This document shows positions 30,584-39,650 of a DNA stretch of 64,000 nucleotides, in pieces (positions within the stretch are counted from its first letter, which is position 1; the number at the start of each line of letters is the position of its first letter). The DNA comes from a virus. The notes below the pieces were generated by a model. It searched no databases, was not told where the DNA came from, and saw only the letters and a program-made list of their open reading frames with translations. The stretch covers positions 12,710-76,709 of the IMG/VR virus record IMGVR_UViG_3300035698_014365. The stretch is one strand, 5' to 3'. A program made the translations under genes and the position numbers.

Positions 30584-31149
30584 TTTCCCTTTACCTTTCG
30601 TTTATTCATGTACTTGTCACGGGCAGATGGGTTGCCAAAGTACGGCTTGCGCCAGTTCTTGTACTGCCATTCCAGATACTCCTCGACGGGGGACATGCAC
30701 GGATACATCACATCCCCGTATCGGATGAAGTCCTTGCCAAACATCCTCGCTGGCACACGGCGCCCTTTGAATACGCGGTACTTTCCCTTGAGAAAGTGGC
30801 CCATCAGAGCCATGTCTTCGCCGCCCATGTAGGCCAGCAGGCGAGCCTTCTTGCTGTAGCTGCGCACATCGAACCCGCGCGCAAGCAGTACCTGTTTGAG
30901 CACATTAATCTTCGGCACCAAGTCTTCGGCAAAACAGAAGAAATCAACGTCCTCATCACGCTCCAACAGGTGCCCCTCGCGGTGTATCCCCAACAGGGCG
31001 CTCATACCTATCCAGTGCCGCACTTCACAGGTGCTTAGGATGTCGTGAAATATCTCCATCACCGCGGCACGATGAGCTATCCCGGGGGAGTGCAGCAGCG
31101 AGTGGTACATCTTCAGCCACTTCTTTTCTGGCACCAAACTATAGTCCAC
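30580..31149 (-). CDS. LicD-family protein
   Basis: ALLGIHREGHLLERDEDVDF; EEYLEWQYKNWRKP. Confidence 0.8.
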   Translation of the reverse strand: MDYSLVPEKKWLKMYHSLLHSPGIAHRAAVMEIFHDILSTCEVRHWIGMSALLGIHREGHLLERDEDVDFFCFAEDLVPKINVLKQVLLARGFDVRSYSKKARLLAYMGGEDMALMGHFLKGKYRVFKGRRVPARMFGKDFIRYGDVMYPCMSPVEEYLEWQYKNWRKPYFGNPSARDKYMNKRKVKGK

Positions 31150-31735
31150 ACTTCACCCCCACGTAGCACACCTCTTTGCCGTTCGGGATAATGCCCTGCG
31201 ACTTCGACTTCCCAAAGAAGTCCTCTCTGAAGCCCGCTGCGAGTGCCATGCCCCGGAACTCATTCTTGTGTGCGAAGTGCGCGAGGTGGTCGTTCTTCTT
31301 GCGCGCGCGCCACTCATCCGTTGTCTCAATGGGAAACGTGAGGAATATTCCACCGCCTGGCACAAGGAGACTCCAGCATGCGTCCAGAAAGGCCCCGGTA
31401 CTCGCGCAGTGCTCAACACAGTGGCGGCTGAAGATGTAGTCGAACGACTCTTCTGCAAATATGGGGTGGAGGATATCGCCCTCGACGACATTGCGTTTGC
31501 GCTCTTTGGCGTACCGTGCGTACTCAGGGACGAGCTCTACCCCAGTGGCAACGTATCCATGGCTGGCAAGCGCCTCTACGGCGTACCCGTCACGAGAGCC
31601 AACGTCCAGAACAGTCCCCACAGACGGGAACCACCTGAAAAACGCCATCACCGTCGTGTCGATGTGGGGATGATACTTCTCTTTTTTCGACAGGTCTTTC
31701 ACTGGAAGGTCTCTGTTATCCCCGTACAGCATCAA
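31139..31735 (-). CDS. Class I SAM-dependent methyltransferase
   Basis: VLDVGSRDG, GVEL, FDYIFSRHCVEH, LVPGG. Confidence 0.9.
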   Translation of the reverse strand: MMLYGDNRDLPVKDLSKKEKYHPHIDTTVMAFFRWFPSVGTVLDVGSRDGYAVEALASHGYVATGVELVPEYARYAKERKRNVVEGDILHPIFAEESFDYIFSRHCVEHCASTGAFLDACWSLLVPGGGIFLTFPIETTDEWRARKKNDHLAHFAHKNEFRGMALAAGFREDFFGKSKSQGIIPNGKEVCYVGVKCGL

Positions 31736-32591
31736 ACGCCTCCTTGTACGCCTTGGCGGCGTGCTCTATGTCGAACCACTGCGATTCGGGCTTCTCAGCA
31801 TTCAGTAGCGCATGCTCAATATCGGCCTCAGAGGCGTCCTGCGAAATTGGAGGCAGGCCCGCCGTAGACAGAAGCTCTCCGATGGCTGTCCCGGCATACC
31901 CAACAACAGGAAGCCCTGCACCCAGAGCCTCAACGGTCGCATTCGGGCACCAGTCGAGGTCACTCAGGTTCAGCATCACCGTGGAGGTCTCTATTATCGA
32001 CAATAGCTCGTTGTCGTCAACCTGCCCGGTGTACAGCAGGCGGTCTGCATGCGGATGCCACGGAGTCTTCCCGGCGACAATGGCCATCCAGTCCTCGTGC
32101 TTCTCAAGGAACTTCATTGTGAACGACACCATTCTCTTGAGCCGCTTGTGCTTGCGCAGCCTCTTACCACCCCAGTTGCCCACCATGAGCAGCACATTCG
32201 GCTGTTCCCAGTACTTTCTCAGCGTGGAGGCGCGAGAAGTGTCTACTCCGTTGTGAATGACCACCGACTTCTTGGGAGCGACCAGGTGCGATGAGACATA
32301 GTCGCGGGCAAAGGCCGACTGGAATATGACCAGATCGGAGCGCTTCATGCTCTTCTTCACCAGCTTGTTGTACCACTTGTCCTTCTTCTCGTCGCCAATC
32401 CTGATGCCGTCAATGCGCAGCACCTTCGGCAGATATGTGCTGTTGCGCCACCGGGAAATGCCAAGCGCCACCTGGGCCTTGTCCTGCTTGCTGGTGAACT
32501 TGGCCCCCATAGGCTCAAGGGCGGCCTCCAAGCGCCGCAGGAACTTGCCCTTCCCAGTTTCATCTGGCTCGTAGTCGAGATACACCTTCAT
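31716..32591 (-). CDS. Glycosyltransferase GT4
   Basis: VIFQS, VIHNGVD, DWCPNATVEALGAGLPVV. Confidence 0.88.
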   Translation of the reverse strand: MKVYLDYEPDETGKGKFLRRLEAALEPMGAKFTSKQDKAQVALGISRWRNSTYLPKVLRIDGIRIGDEKKDKWYNKLVKKSMKRSDLVIFQSAFARDYVSSHLVAPKKSVVIHNGVDTSRASTLRKYWEQPNVLLMVGNWGGKRLRKHKRLKRMVSFTMKFLEKHEDWMAIVAGKTPWHPHADRLLYTGQVDDNELLSIIETSTVMLNLSDLDWCPNATVEALGAGLPVVGYAGTAIGELLSTAGLPPISQDASEADIEHALLNAEKPESQWFDIEHAAKAYKEAFDAVRG

Positions 32592-33421
32592 GGTCGGTCA
32601 CATCCATTGCAAAGGGGAACAGAATGGCGGTCGCTCAGGCGATTCACCTCGTCTTTGTACCACTGCGATTTTCTCATCTGCACGTATGTGCCCTCCAGCA
32701 GGTTGCCCAAAACAAGGGCGCGGGGATGGTGGCAGCACGGAACCACGGTGCCGTCGATGTCCACATATAGTCGCCTGCCCTTGCGCTTCCCCACAAACAG
32801 ACACTTCCCTGTGGGAATTTTGCGGGGCTTTTCATACTCCTTGGCCTCCGGAAGCTCCCACTTGCCTCTGAATAGCGGCCGCCAGCCAAGCGGGTTTACG
32901 AGCTTTTTCCACCGCCTTTTCCCGTTGACGGAGGTGCAGATGGTGCGGGTGACCAGTTCGAGGCGCGGATTGTACTTCCGCCTCAGCTTGCCGACATACT
33001 CCAGAAACTCCATCAGCTTGTCCCATTTGGCCGGAGTGTGCCATGCCTCGTACTCCTCCGGTGTGCCATTGCCATGACAGCTCACGGCGAGGCGGGTCAC
33101 AATGCGGCCCCTGACAAGCGCTTTCAGGTCGTCTTTGCGCAGAACCTGTGCATTGGTGGATATCTCGACCTCTTTTGGCTTCCACGGGGCCTGTTTAATC
33201 AGCTTGATCAGATGAACAACCTCTGGATGCAGTAGCGGCTCCCCAAAATTGAACAGGCGCAGGAGGTCAACCTCGCCCACATCCACGTTGTGCAGGATTT
33301 TGAGGAAGTCGCCGGGCTCGATGAACTCGATCTTCGGCTTCAGCGTCGATATGGGACAGCCGACGCACCTAAGTTGGCAACCGCGGACTATGTCAATCCC
33401 GAATTTATGCAGTGTGCGCAT
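32588..33421 (-). CDS. Radical SAM protein with a SPASM/twitch domain
   Basis: CQLRCVGC (CxxxCxxC), FGEPLLHP, ISTN; C-terminal C...DGTVVPCC...LGNL...CNGC. Confidence 0.92.
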   Translation of the reverse strand: MRTLHKFGIDIVRGCQLRCVGCPISTLKPKIEFIEPGDFLKILHNVDVGEVDLLRLFNFGEPLLHPEVVHLIKLIKQAPWKPKEVEISTNAQVLRKDDLKALVRGRIVTRLAVSCHGNGTPEEYEAWHTPAKWDKLMEFLEYVGKLRRKYNPRLELVTRTICTSVNGKRRWKKLVNPLGWRPLFRGKWELPEAKEYEKPRKIPTGKCLFVGKRKGRRLYVDIDGTVVPCCHHPRALVLGNLLEGTYVQMRKSQWYKDEVNRLSDRHSVPLCNGCDRP

Positions 33422-34103
33422 CTGGCTTCTTCTTCCATGTATCCTTGAGTGTTCCGTGCTTGGAGGCAGACGTGCGCCGTATCAGCGCAAGGCCAAACCC
33501 GTAGGGCAGTGTGAGGGTTTCTATGTCGTTTTGGTACTTTCTCTGGAGATTGCCAACAGCAGTCGCCACATTGTACTTGCCGGGGAGCGCATCGTGAACC
33601 GCGATGATACCGTTCCGGGCCATCAGCTTCACCGCGCGCTTCAGATCCTTGTAGCAGCTCTCGACAGACTTCTTGCGGGTGCTCATGTAGTCCAGAAACA
33701 GGAAGTCAAATCCCTTGAGTGACTGTGGGTGTGTCCAGAAATCACCACTGTCGCCCTGCAGGTACGTCACCCAGTCGATGCCTGCGGCGTCGAGCATATA
33801 GCTATAGTCGAAGCGGTCGCAGGTGATGAAGTCGCCACCATTGAGAAGGGCCACGTGGCCAAGGACAAAGGACGAGCGGCCAAAGCCAATCTCGCCAATG
33901 CGCGTAGCGCCCAAACCAAAGCATATGTCCACAAGCGTGCAGAGGTGCGCGGATGTTGAATACCCGAGGCTGGGATCGATGTTGAGCGCCCAGCACGCCA
34001 GCATGTACCGAAGCGGGTGTGCTTGGGCGCTGACGATTGGGAGTTCTTCAAGGAGCGTCTCCTGGCAATGCATTCTCTTAGGCATCACTACCGTCCCCGG
34101 CAT
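33405..34103 (-). CDS. Class I SAM-dependent methyltransferase (Methyltransf_24-like)
   Basis: EIGFGRSS, GDS, FDFLFLD, GIIAVHD. Confidence 0.8.
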   Translation of the reverse strand: MPGTVVMPKRMHCQETLLEELPIVSAQAHPLRYMLACWALNIDPSLGYSTSAHLCTLVDICFGLGATRIGEIGFGRSSFVLGHVALLNGGDFITCDRFDYSYMLDAAGIDWVTYLQGDSGDFWTHPQSLKGFDFLFLDYMSTRKKSVESCYKDLKRAVKLMARNGIIAVHDALPGKYNVATAVGNLQRKYQNDIETLTLPYGFGLALIRRTSASKHGTLKDTWKKKPDAHTA

Positions 34104-34257
34104 TGTTCAACAACGCGCAATACGCCTCGCCAAGGGACTCTACGGATTTGGCAAGAGCGGGATTGCAGTCAAACTCGCTACTCTTTATGAGGTTGCGGAT
34201 CTTTGCAAGAACTTCCATGCGTGTCTCTAAACGGACTTTCGTTTCATTGTCTCCCAC
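34078..34257 (-). CDS. Small hypothetical protein (59 aa)
   Basis: Read by hand; GTG start after GAGGAGG; fills the gap. Confidence 0.4.
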   Translation of the reverse strand: MGDNETKVRLETRMEVLAKIRNLIKSSEFDCNPALAKSVESLGEAYCALLNNAGDGSDA

Positions 34258-34271
34258 AACACCCTCCTCGC

Positions 34272-35024
34272 TTAGGTGAACTTCGTATTCTCTCGGGTAA
34301 TACCTTCCCGCTTGAGTTGTTTGATGCGCTTCTTGAACTGCTTCTTCAGTTCCGCGTTCTTCTTCTCGTCCAGCCGGCGAACCTTGTGCATCTGGCCCTC
34401 GTGCTTCCGATAACGCGCCACCACCTTCTTGAGCTTGTAATCCTTCACGAGCTTCGGTAGCGGGCTGTCAGGGTGCACGCCCAGCCGATAGATAAATTCC
34501 TTGTCCCCCATCGACCTCAGTGCCTCGTAGTACAGCCCAAACCTGTCGTACACTGAGCGGCGCCACATGCGTCCCTGCGCGTGGCAGAAAGTTTTTTTGT
34601 TTACACCGCGGAAGTCGTCGCCACCGTACCAACGGTCTGCGTAGCCATGGACAAGGTCAACCTCCGGGTGTTCGTCAAATATGCGCACGGCATCTTCCAG
34701 CGCATTCGGTGTTAAGACGTCGTCGGCGTCTATCAGGCGGATGAATTCTCCCTGAGATGCGAGTATTCCGGTGTTCTTGGCGGTGTTGTAGCCAAAATTC
34801 CTTGGGTGCTCTATAATGTGAAAGCGCCCACGGGGCTTGCCTGTGTCGGCAACGCTGTAGTAGAGCATGTACGAGCCAATTTCATCGAGTTCTTCCGGGC
34901 GGCTCCCATCATCAACGATAATGCACTCAAAGTCCTCGAACGCCTGCGCCTCAATACTCTCAAGGCAGTCGTCCAAATAAGTGGCATAATTGAAATGGGG
35001 CACCACGATCGATACCCTAGGCAT
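34272..35024 (-). CDS. Glycosyltransferase GT2
   Basis: VSIVVPHFN, IIVDDGS, AKNTG, IDADD. Confidence 0.92.
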   Translation of the reverse strand: MPRVSIVVPHFNYATYLDDCLESIEAQAFEDFECIIVDDGSRPEELDEIGSYMLYYSVADTGKPRGRFHIIEHPRNFGYNTAKNTGILASQGEFIRLIDADDVLTPNALEDAVRIFDEHPEVDLVHGYADRWYGGDDFRGVNKKTFCHAQGRMWRRSVYDRFGLYYEALRSMGDKEFIYRLGVHPDSPLPKLVKDYKLKKVVARYRKHEGQMHKVRRLDEKKNAELKKQFKKRIKQLKREGITRENTKFT

Positions 35025-35595
35025 ATTTCTTCGCCTCCCTTATCCAGCGACTGTCCTCACGCGAGTGGCCCTTGCCATGCCAAATCACAGACTCGCGGTC
35101 AAAATGGTTGTCATTGAACTTGGTCTCCAGTGGAATCAATCTCACAACAGACTTCTTCCACACCTTCCACAGGTATCGCTGGTCGTCAAGCCACTTCTTG
35201 GCTTTCATCACACCACGCAGCCAGTTGGCAACCAGTTCCTCTGTCTCAGGTGAGCGCCCGATTGCCATGACGCCGGTGTTGAATATCGAGCAGTCGGCTA
35301 TTCCGGGGCGATACATCACCTTCAGCGTCCCGGGCTCCACATCTGACCAAAAATCATCGAGTGGCGCACGCACGATGGTGTCAACGTCCACCCACCCCAC
35401 CCGTGTCCACCCGCGCTGAAACGCTTGGTGAAACAGCTTCACGCGACCCATTGCTGCCTCAATGCGATCGCCGGTGGGAAATGTGACCTCCTTGAGATCC
35501 TGATCGGGGTCATTCCTCTTGATAGAGGCCACGCACACCTTGCGCATCTCCATGCATTCGGTGTTCTCGTTACATCCTGTGAGTAGCAGGCCCAA
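35017..35595 (-). CDS. Nucleotide-diphospho-sugar transferase (GT-A, GT77/GT34-like)
   Basis: WVDVDTIV (DxD), FNTGVM, DDQRYL, IWHGKG; TTG start after GGAGG. Confidence 0.75.
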   Translation of the reverse strand: MGLLLTGCNENTECMEMRKVCVASIKRNDPDQDLKEVTFPTGDRIEAAMGRVKLFHQAFQRGWTRVGWVDVDTIVRAPLDDFWSDVEPGTLKVMYRPGIADCSIFNTGVMAIGRSPETEELVANWLRGVMKAKKWLDDQRYLWKVWKKSVVRLIPLETKFNDNHFDRESVIWHGKGHSREDSRWIREAKKYA

Positions 35596-35603
35596 AAGTC
35601 CTC

Positions 35604-36239
35604 CTATGCGCAGTCCACACACCACCAGCGCTTGGTTTTTGTACAGTAGACAATGTCCCCCAGTTTTGGAATCTTGTCGCCGCCGCAAATCGTTATGCCG
35701 AGCTTCTTTGTCGCCTTGTACACTTTTCTCGCAAATGCCAGATATCCCTCGGGTGTATGGAGCGGGTGCTCGGCCCTGTCGAGGCAATTGAAATCATACG
35801 GCAGCCCGCTCGCATACACGTTCCAAGCATCTTCAGGATAGTGGACGTGCACCATCTTTATTGCCCACGCCTTCGCCGACCTTCTTTTTCCTCGGACGAG
35901 GAGATCGAGCTTTACGTGGACTATTTTTGTTGCCTTCGGGGTTATCCCCGCCGCCGCCATCCGCACTCGGTTCTTCCAGTCCTTCATCAGGGCTCTCTTC
36001 TTGTACACCTTGAACTCCGGGAGCTGGACAAACACCTTCATCCCCTTGTCCTTCTTGTACCGGAAGTACGCTCCCGTCATCCCCTTCGGGACTACCTTCT
36101 CCGTCCCGTCCGGCAGCGTCCACAGCAGGCTGTGCACTCCCTTGATCAGGCCGTCCTTGTCCGAGTTCCGGTGTATCCCGTCCAGCGGAGCCTTCACCCT
36201 CGACCTCTTTATCTCCGTCAGTGTCCCCTGAATCTTCAT
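35604..36239 (-). CDS. Protein-kinase-fold (Kdo/WaaP/APH-like) kinase, divergent
   Basis: GMTGAYF...MKVF, AGITPK, MVHV, GD...GDI...VDC match the order of kinase subdomains. Confidence 0.5.
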   Translation of the reverse strand: MKIQGTLTEIKRSRVKAPLDGIHRNSDKDGLIKGVHSLLWTLPDGTEKVVPKGMTGAYFRYKKDKGMKVFVQLPEFKVYKKRALMKDWKNRVRMAAAGITPKATKIVHVKLDLLVRGKRRSAKAWAIKMVHVHYPEDAWNVYASGLPYDFNCLDRAEHPLHTPEGYLAFARKVYKATKKLGITICGGDKIPKLGDIVYCTKTKRWWCVDCA

Positions 36240-36864
36240 TCTTCCTCCTGCCAATAACGTCCGCGAACCTCTTTTCAAGGCCCCAGTGCACCTCACACTC
36301 AAACCCGGCCTCCTCCAGCCACGTAATAACGGTGCTGTTCTTCTCGAAATGCTGGGAGTTGTGCTCGCGCCAGTCCTTCCCCTTCTTGCGATTGGTGCGT
36401 TCCTTCGTGCGGTTCTGGATAATCACGAGGCTGCAGTGCGGAAGAATGTGCTCTGCCACTGCGGCGAGCTCTTTGTTGGACAGGTGGTACAGGACAAAGC
36501 TGGCGTACATGGCGTTCACCTTGGCTTCCCGCTGCCCCTTGCGTATCTCCCTGCAGAAGTCCTTGGTTGACATCTTGAGAAACTCGACGTTTTGATTGAA
36601 CTTCTCGATGTGCTGTGCCGTGACCTGTGCCTGCCCCATGTATCTGTCTGAGAGGTCGATGCCAATCACACTCTTGGCGTAGTGAGCCACCTCCCACACG
36701 TACAGGCCGGCGTTGCAGCCTATCTCCAGCACGTCCATGCCCTCAAACAGGGGGGCAAACTGGGAAAAGAACCTCAGCCTGATGTCGAGCCTGGGCCAGC
36801 GCTGGTAGGCTTTCTCTTTCCACTTTGCCGCGATTTTATCGTACTTATCCTTTGTGAGTTTCAT
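35833..36864 (-). CDS. Class I SAM-dependent methyltransferase with a long acidic tail overlapping the next gene
   Basis: VLEIGCNAG, GID, VLYHL; the domain ends near 36240 but the ORF continues for 407 nt. Confidence 0.8.
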   Translation of the reverse strand: MKLTKDKYDKIAAKWKEKAYQRWPRLDIRLRFFSQFAPLFEGMDVLEIGCNAGLYVWEVAHYAKSVIGIDLSDRYMGQAQVTAQHIEKFNQNVEFLKMSTKDFCREIRKGQREAKVNAMYASFVLYHLSNKELAAVAEHILPHCSLVIIQNRTKERTNRKKGKDWREHNSQHFEKNSTVITWLEEAGFECEVHWGLEKRFADVIGRRKNEDSGDTDGDKEVEGEGSAGRDTPELGQGRPDQGSAQPAVDAAGRDGEGSPEGDDGSVLPVQEGQGDEGVCPAPGVQGVQEESPDEGLEEPSADGGGGDNPEGNKNSPRKARSPRPRKKKVGEGVGNKDGARPLS

Positions 36865-37411
36865 CCCATACCCCTTTCACGAACATAAGTTTTTTGTCGA
36901 ACTTCCCTTTATCCATTGAGCCCGGGTGGCGGTCCTCATACCACTCGGCCCATATTGACCTTTTCCCCAAAACCCACCGTGATGCTGCGCGGCCGGCACC
37001 TGTCCATATCTCGGGTCCACCTACCCACGCATTCTTCAGCCCAAATCGGGTCACCCAGAACGGCTCCTCAAGTATCTCTATCGGCTGGCGCCGGTCGTAC
37101 CCCTTCTTGCGGATGCTCTCAAACAGCTTGAATCGCTTGGGAAGGTGCACGTTGAGAATATATGCGTCCGTCCATTTGCTCATGCCAATCTTGAGCCGAC
37201 GCTGGCGCTCCTTCACATAGCGAGTCTTCTTGAGCTTGCGCCAGTCGAATCCGTGCTTCTCGTACAGCTCCAGCATCTCAACGTGCGGGCTGTTCATCAG
37301 CGACAGATCCCCCTCGTAAATATCCATCGGTGTCACGACCGGGATATACCTGATGTGCAGAGCCTCCAATTGCACCTTCTCTTTGGTGCCCGTTGAGCGG
37401 ATGTCACTCAT
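36845..37411 (-). CDS. ParB/Srx-like domain protein
   Basis: LFESIRKKGY...PI...EIWTGAGRAA resembles the ParB-N core (DGxHR degenerate). Confidence 0.45.
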   Translation of the reverse strand: MSDIRSTGTKEKVQLEALHIRYIPVVTPMDIYEGDLSLMNSPHVEMLELYEKHGFDWRKLKKTRYVKERQRRLKIGMSKWTDAYILNVHLPKRFKLFESIRKKGYDRRQPIEILEEPFWVTRFGLKNAWVGGPEIWTGAGRAASRWVLGKRSIWAEWYEDRHPGSMDKGKFDKKLMFVKGVWDETHKG

Positions 37412-37775
37412 TCTTGACCCCCACAAATTCATTCCACTTTGCCATCAGGCGCATGGGGCAGCTTCTCTTCTGACACTGAACATCGCCAGCGCCAATTTCC
37501 TCAATGAGTCCACAGGTGTCCTCGTGTGAGCCTTCTGTCACCCCGAAGAAGGGGCACTCCTGCTGGATGATATCTGGCCAGTCTAAATAGTTTTGGAGCG
37601 TGGGCATTGAGGAGCGCGCGTGTTCTAGTGGGCAATACTCTTTACAGCAAGAGGGTTCGCCCGGCGAGTACATGTCGGGAGAAATGAGCTCCTGAATGGA
37701 ACAGCTCCCATCGTCACAAAGAATGCCAAACGTCGCACATCCTGATTTGTGGTCACCCACCCAGCACCTCCTCAA
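37404..37775 (-). CDS. Cys-rich hypothetical protein with two similar modules
   Basis: C..F...C...C...CP pattern occurs twice; start uncertain. Confidence 0.5.
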   Translation of the reverse strand: MRRCWVGDHKSGCATFGILCDDGSCSIQELISPDMYSPGEPSCCKEYCPLEHARSSMPTLQNYLDWPDIIQQECPFFGVTEGSHEDTCGLIEEIGAGDVQCQKRSCPMRLMAKWNEFVGVKNE

Positions 37776-38712
37776 AGAAGTTCAGGTAGTCGTTGGCCAC
37801 ATATCCTATGTCCAGCCTGTCCGGGCGCACAGCCGGCTTCCAGTTCTGGTCTGCCGACATTATCATCGCATTGGCCAGTATGACACGGTCGAGGCGCGGA
37901 GGCTTGCCAAGGTCGATGGGTTTGAACTTGAATTTCTTGTCCTGAATGGAGATGTAATTCCACCCCTCCAGCATCTCCGCTGTGCCACCCTGGTTGGTGC
38001 AAAGCACCGGGGCTCCGGCTCCGACGGCCTCGGCAACACTGTTCGGGCAGGCGTCGAGGTGCACCACGTGAACAAATGTCGATGCTGCCTTCAGATACGA
38101 CGCGATGGTGACCTGATCGCACTCTCCCACATAGGTGACGTTGTCGCCCTTGTACTTCTTGTCCTGATCGAGCGCGTTGCCCAGAATGAACAGCTTGGAC
38201 TCCGGGATGCAGGCCATGTTAAACGACAGCACAATATCCTTCAGCCGCTTCTGCGCTATCCACTTGCGCGTACTGGCGACGAATATGTGTCCCTTCCCGA
38301 GGTCGCGTGCAGTGATGACATTGTCGTACCACTCGTAGTCCACACCGTTGTGGATAACCGTCTCTGGGCATTTCGGCTTGCACACGAACGCATGGTTGAC
38401 CTTGCGACTGTATTCTGACTGAAATACGACGGCATCAGCCAGCTTCACCGACTTCTTGCGCTTCGCATTGAGCTTTTCATAGTCCTCGTGCTTTGACACC
38501 CTCGCAGGGCCAATTCTCAGCACGTTCGCCCGGGCACGCGACTTGTACCTGATGTGCCCCACGTGGAGGGCAATATCCACCTTCTTGTCAGTGTCAGCCG
38601 TTACCTCTGCCCCGAGCTTCCCGAGAGCCGTAACGAGGCGCTGAACGAAGAAGCCCTTGCCACTCTTGGCAGCCGACCAGTCTCCATGCTTCGATGCTAT
38701 GCAGATCTTCAT
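37753..38712 (-). CDS. Glycosyltransferase GT4
   Basis: VVFQSEYS, VIHNGVD, DACPNSVAEAVGAG. Confidence 0.88.
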   Translation of the reverse strand: MKICIASKHGDWSAAKSGKGFFVQRLVTALGKLGAEVTADTDKKVDIALHVGHIRYKSRARANVLRIGPARVSKHEDYEKLNAKRKKSVKLADAVVFQSEYSRKVNHAFVCKPKCPETVIHNGVDYEWYDNVITARDLGKGHIFVASTRKWIAQKRLKDIVLSFNMACIPESKLFILGNALDQDKKYKGDNVTYVGECDQVTIASYLKAASTFVHVVHLDACPNSVAEAVGAGAPVLCTNQGGTAEMLEGWNYISIQDKKFKFKPIDLGKPPRLDRVILANAMIMSADQNWKPAVRPDRLDIGYVANDYLNFFEEVLGG

Positions 38713-39650
38713 CCCAGTAGCCTCGCCATCTTTGTCATGTTTTCGAGCCTGGTTCCGATGGCCAGCACCCGTTTTCTGCAGTCCGCCCACTCTGGCGGAA
38801 CCTCTCGTGCTCGAATTCTCTCTGCTGCTTCTCCCAGCGATCGATAGACAATAGAGTTTGAATCAGTCGAGTAATCTGCCATCCCCCCACGAGCAGAATC
38901 ACTGCGAACAATGATGCAGCCACTAAGAGCGGCCTGACTTGCGGCATTGTAGAATCCCTCCAGTTTGTTGGGGGCGAAGAAGTAGTCGCAGGCCCAGTAG
39001 AAATCTTGGAGCTGTTTGGGCTTTGGTTGCCGAATATGTGTCAGCCACCCCTTCTCGTAGCGACTGTTCCCAAACGTCAGCCACTCACACTCAGCCCCGA
39101 GTTTTCTGTGCAGCTTTTTGAAGGCCTTGAATTTCTTGCGCGGCAACTTTGAGTGTTGGCATCCAACAACAGCTCTTCCGCCGAACCGATCGCGCTCATA
39201 GAGGTACTGAAACTCGCTCTCCGCTAACCCCGCAAACACCACCTGCGCTTCCACTCCATGCTGTCGCAGCACCTCGGCGGGCCACGAGCTATTGGCCATG
39301 ACTATGCCACCCTTTTTGTGGAACTTCTTGAGCAGATGAATGATGTCGTGCTCGGGCATTGTCCACGTTTCGTACGGGCGTGCCCAATATGCCACCCGCT
39401 TCCCCTTGGCCTTCTCCATCACCAGCGGAACGTCGTGGATATGGACAGCCACAACCACGTCGGCGTTCTGTGGGATCGTCTCCTTTGGCTTCGGGTGCTT
39501 GAACCATGTGAATCCGTCGTGCGTCGCCACCACCGACACCTTATGCCCCAGATCGCGCAGGGCCTGAGCAGACAACAGGATGGTGCGCGTGCCACCCGTG
39601 TTGTTGAGCTGCCCCCAATAATGGTGGTCGTTGTAGAAGCATATGTTCAT
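38709..39650 (-). CDS. Glycosyltransferase GT4
   Basis: GGTR...LRDLGHKV, EGFYNAASQAALSGC. Confidence 0.82.
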   Translation of the reverse strand: MNICFYNDHHYWGQLNNTGGTRTILLSAQALRDLGHKVSVVATHDGFTWFKHPKPKETIPQNADVVVAVHIHDVPLVMEKAKGKRVAYWARPYETWTMPEHDIIHLLKKFHKKGGIVMANSSWPAEVLRQHGVEAQVVFAGLAESEFQYLYERDRFGGRAVVGCQHSKLPRKKFKAFKKLHRKLGAECEWLTFGNSRYEKGWLTHIRQPKPKQLQDFYWACDYFFAPNKLEGFYNAASQAALSGCIIVRSDSARGGMADYSTDSNSIVYRSLGEAAERIRAREVPPEWADCRKRVLAIGTRLENMTKMARLLG

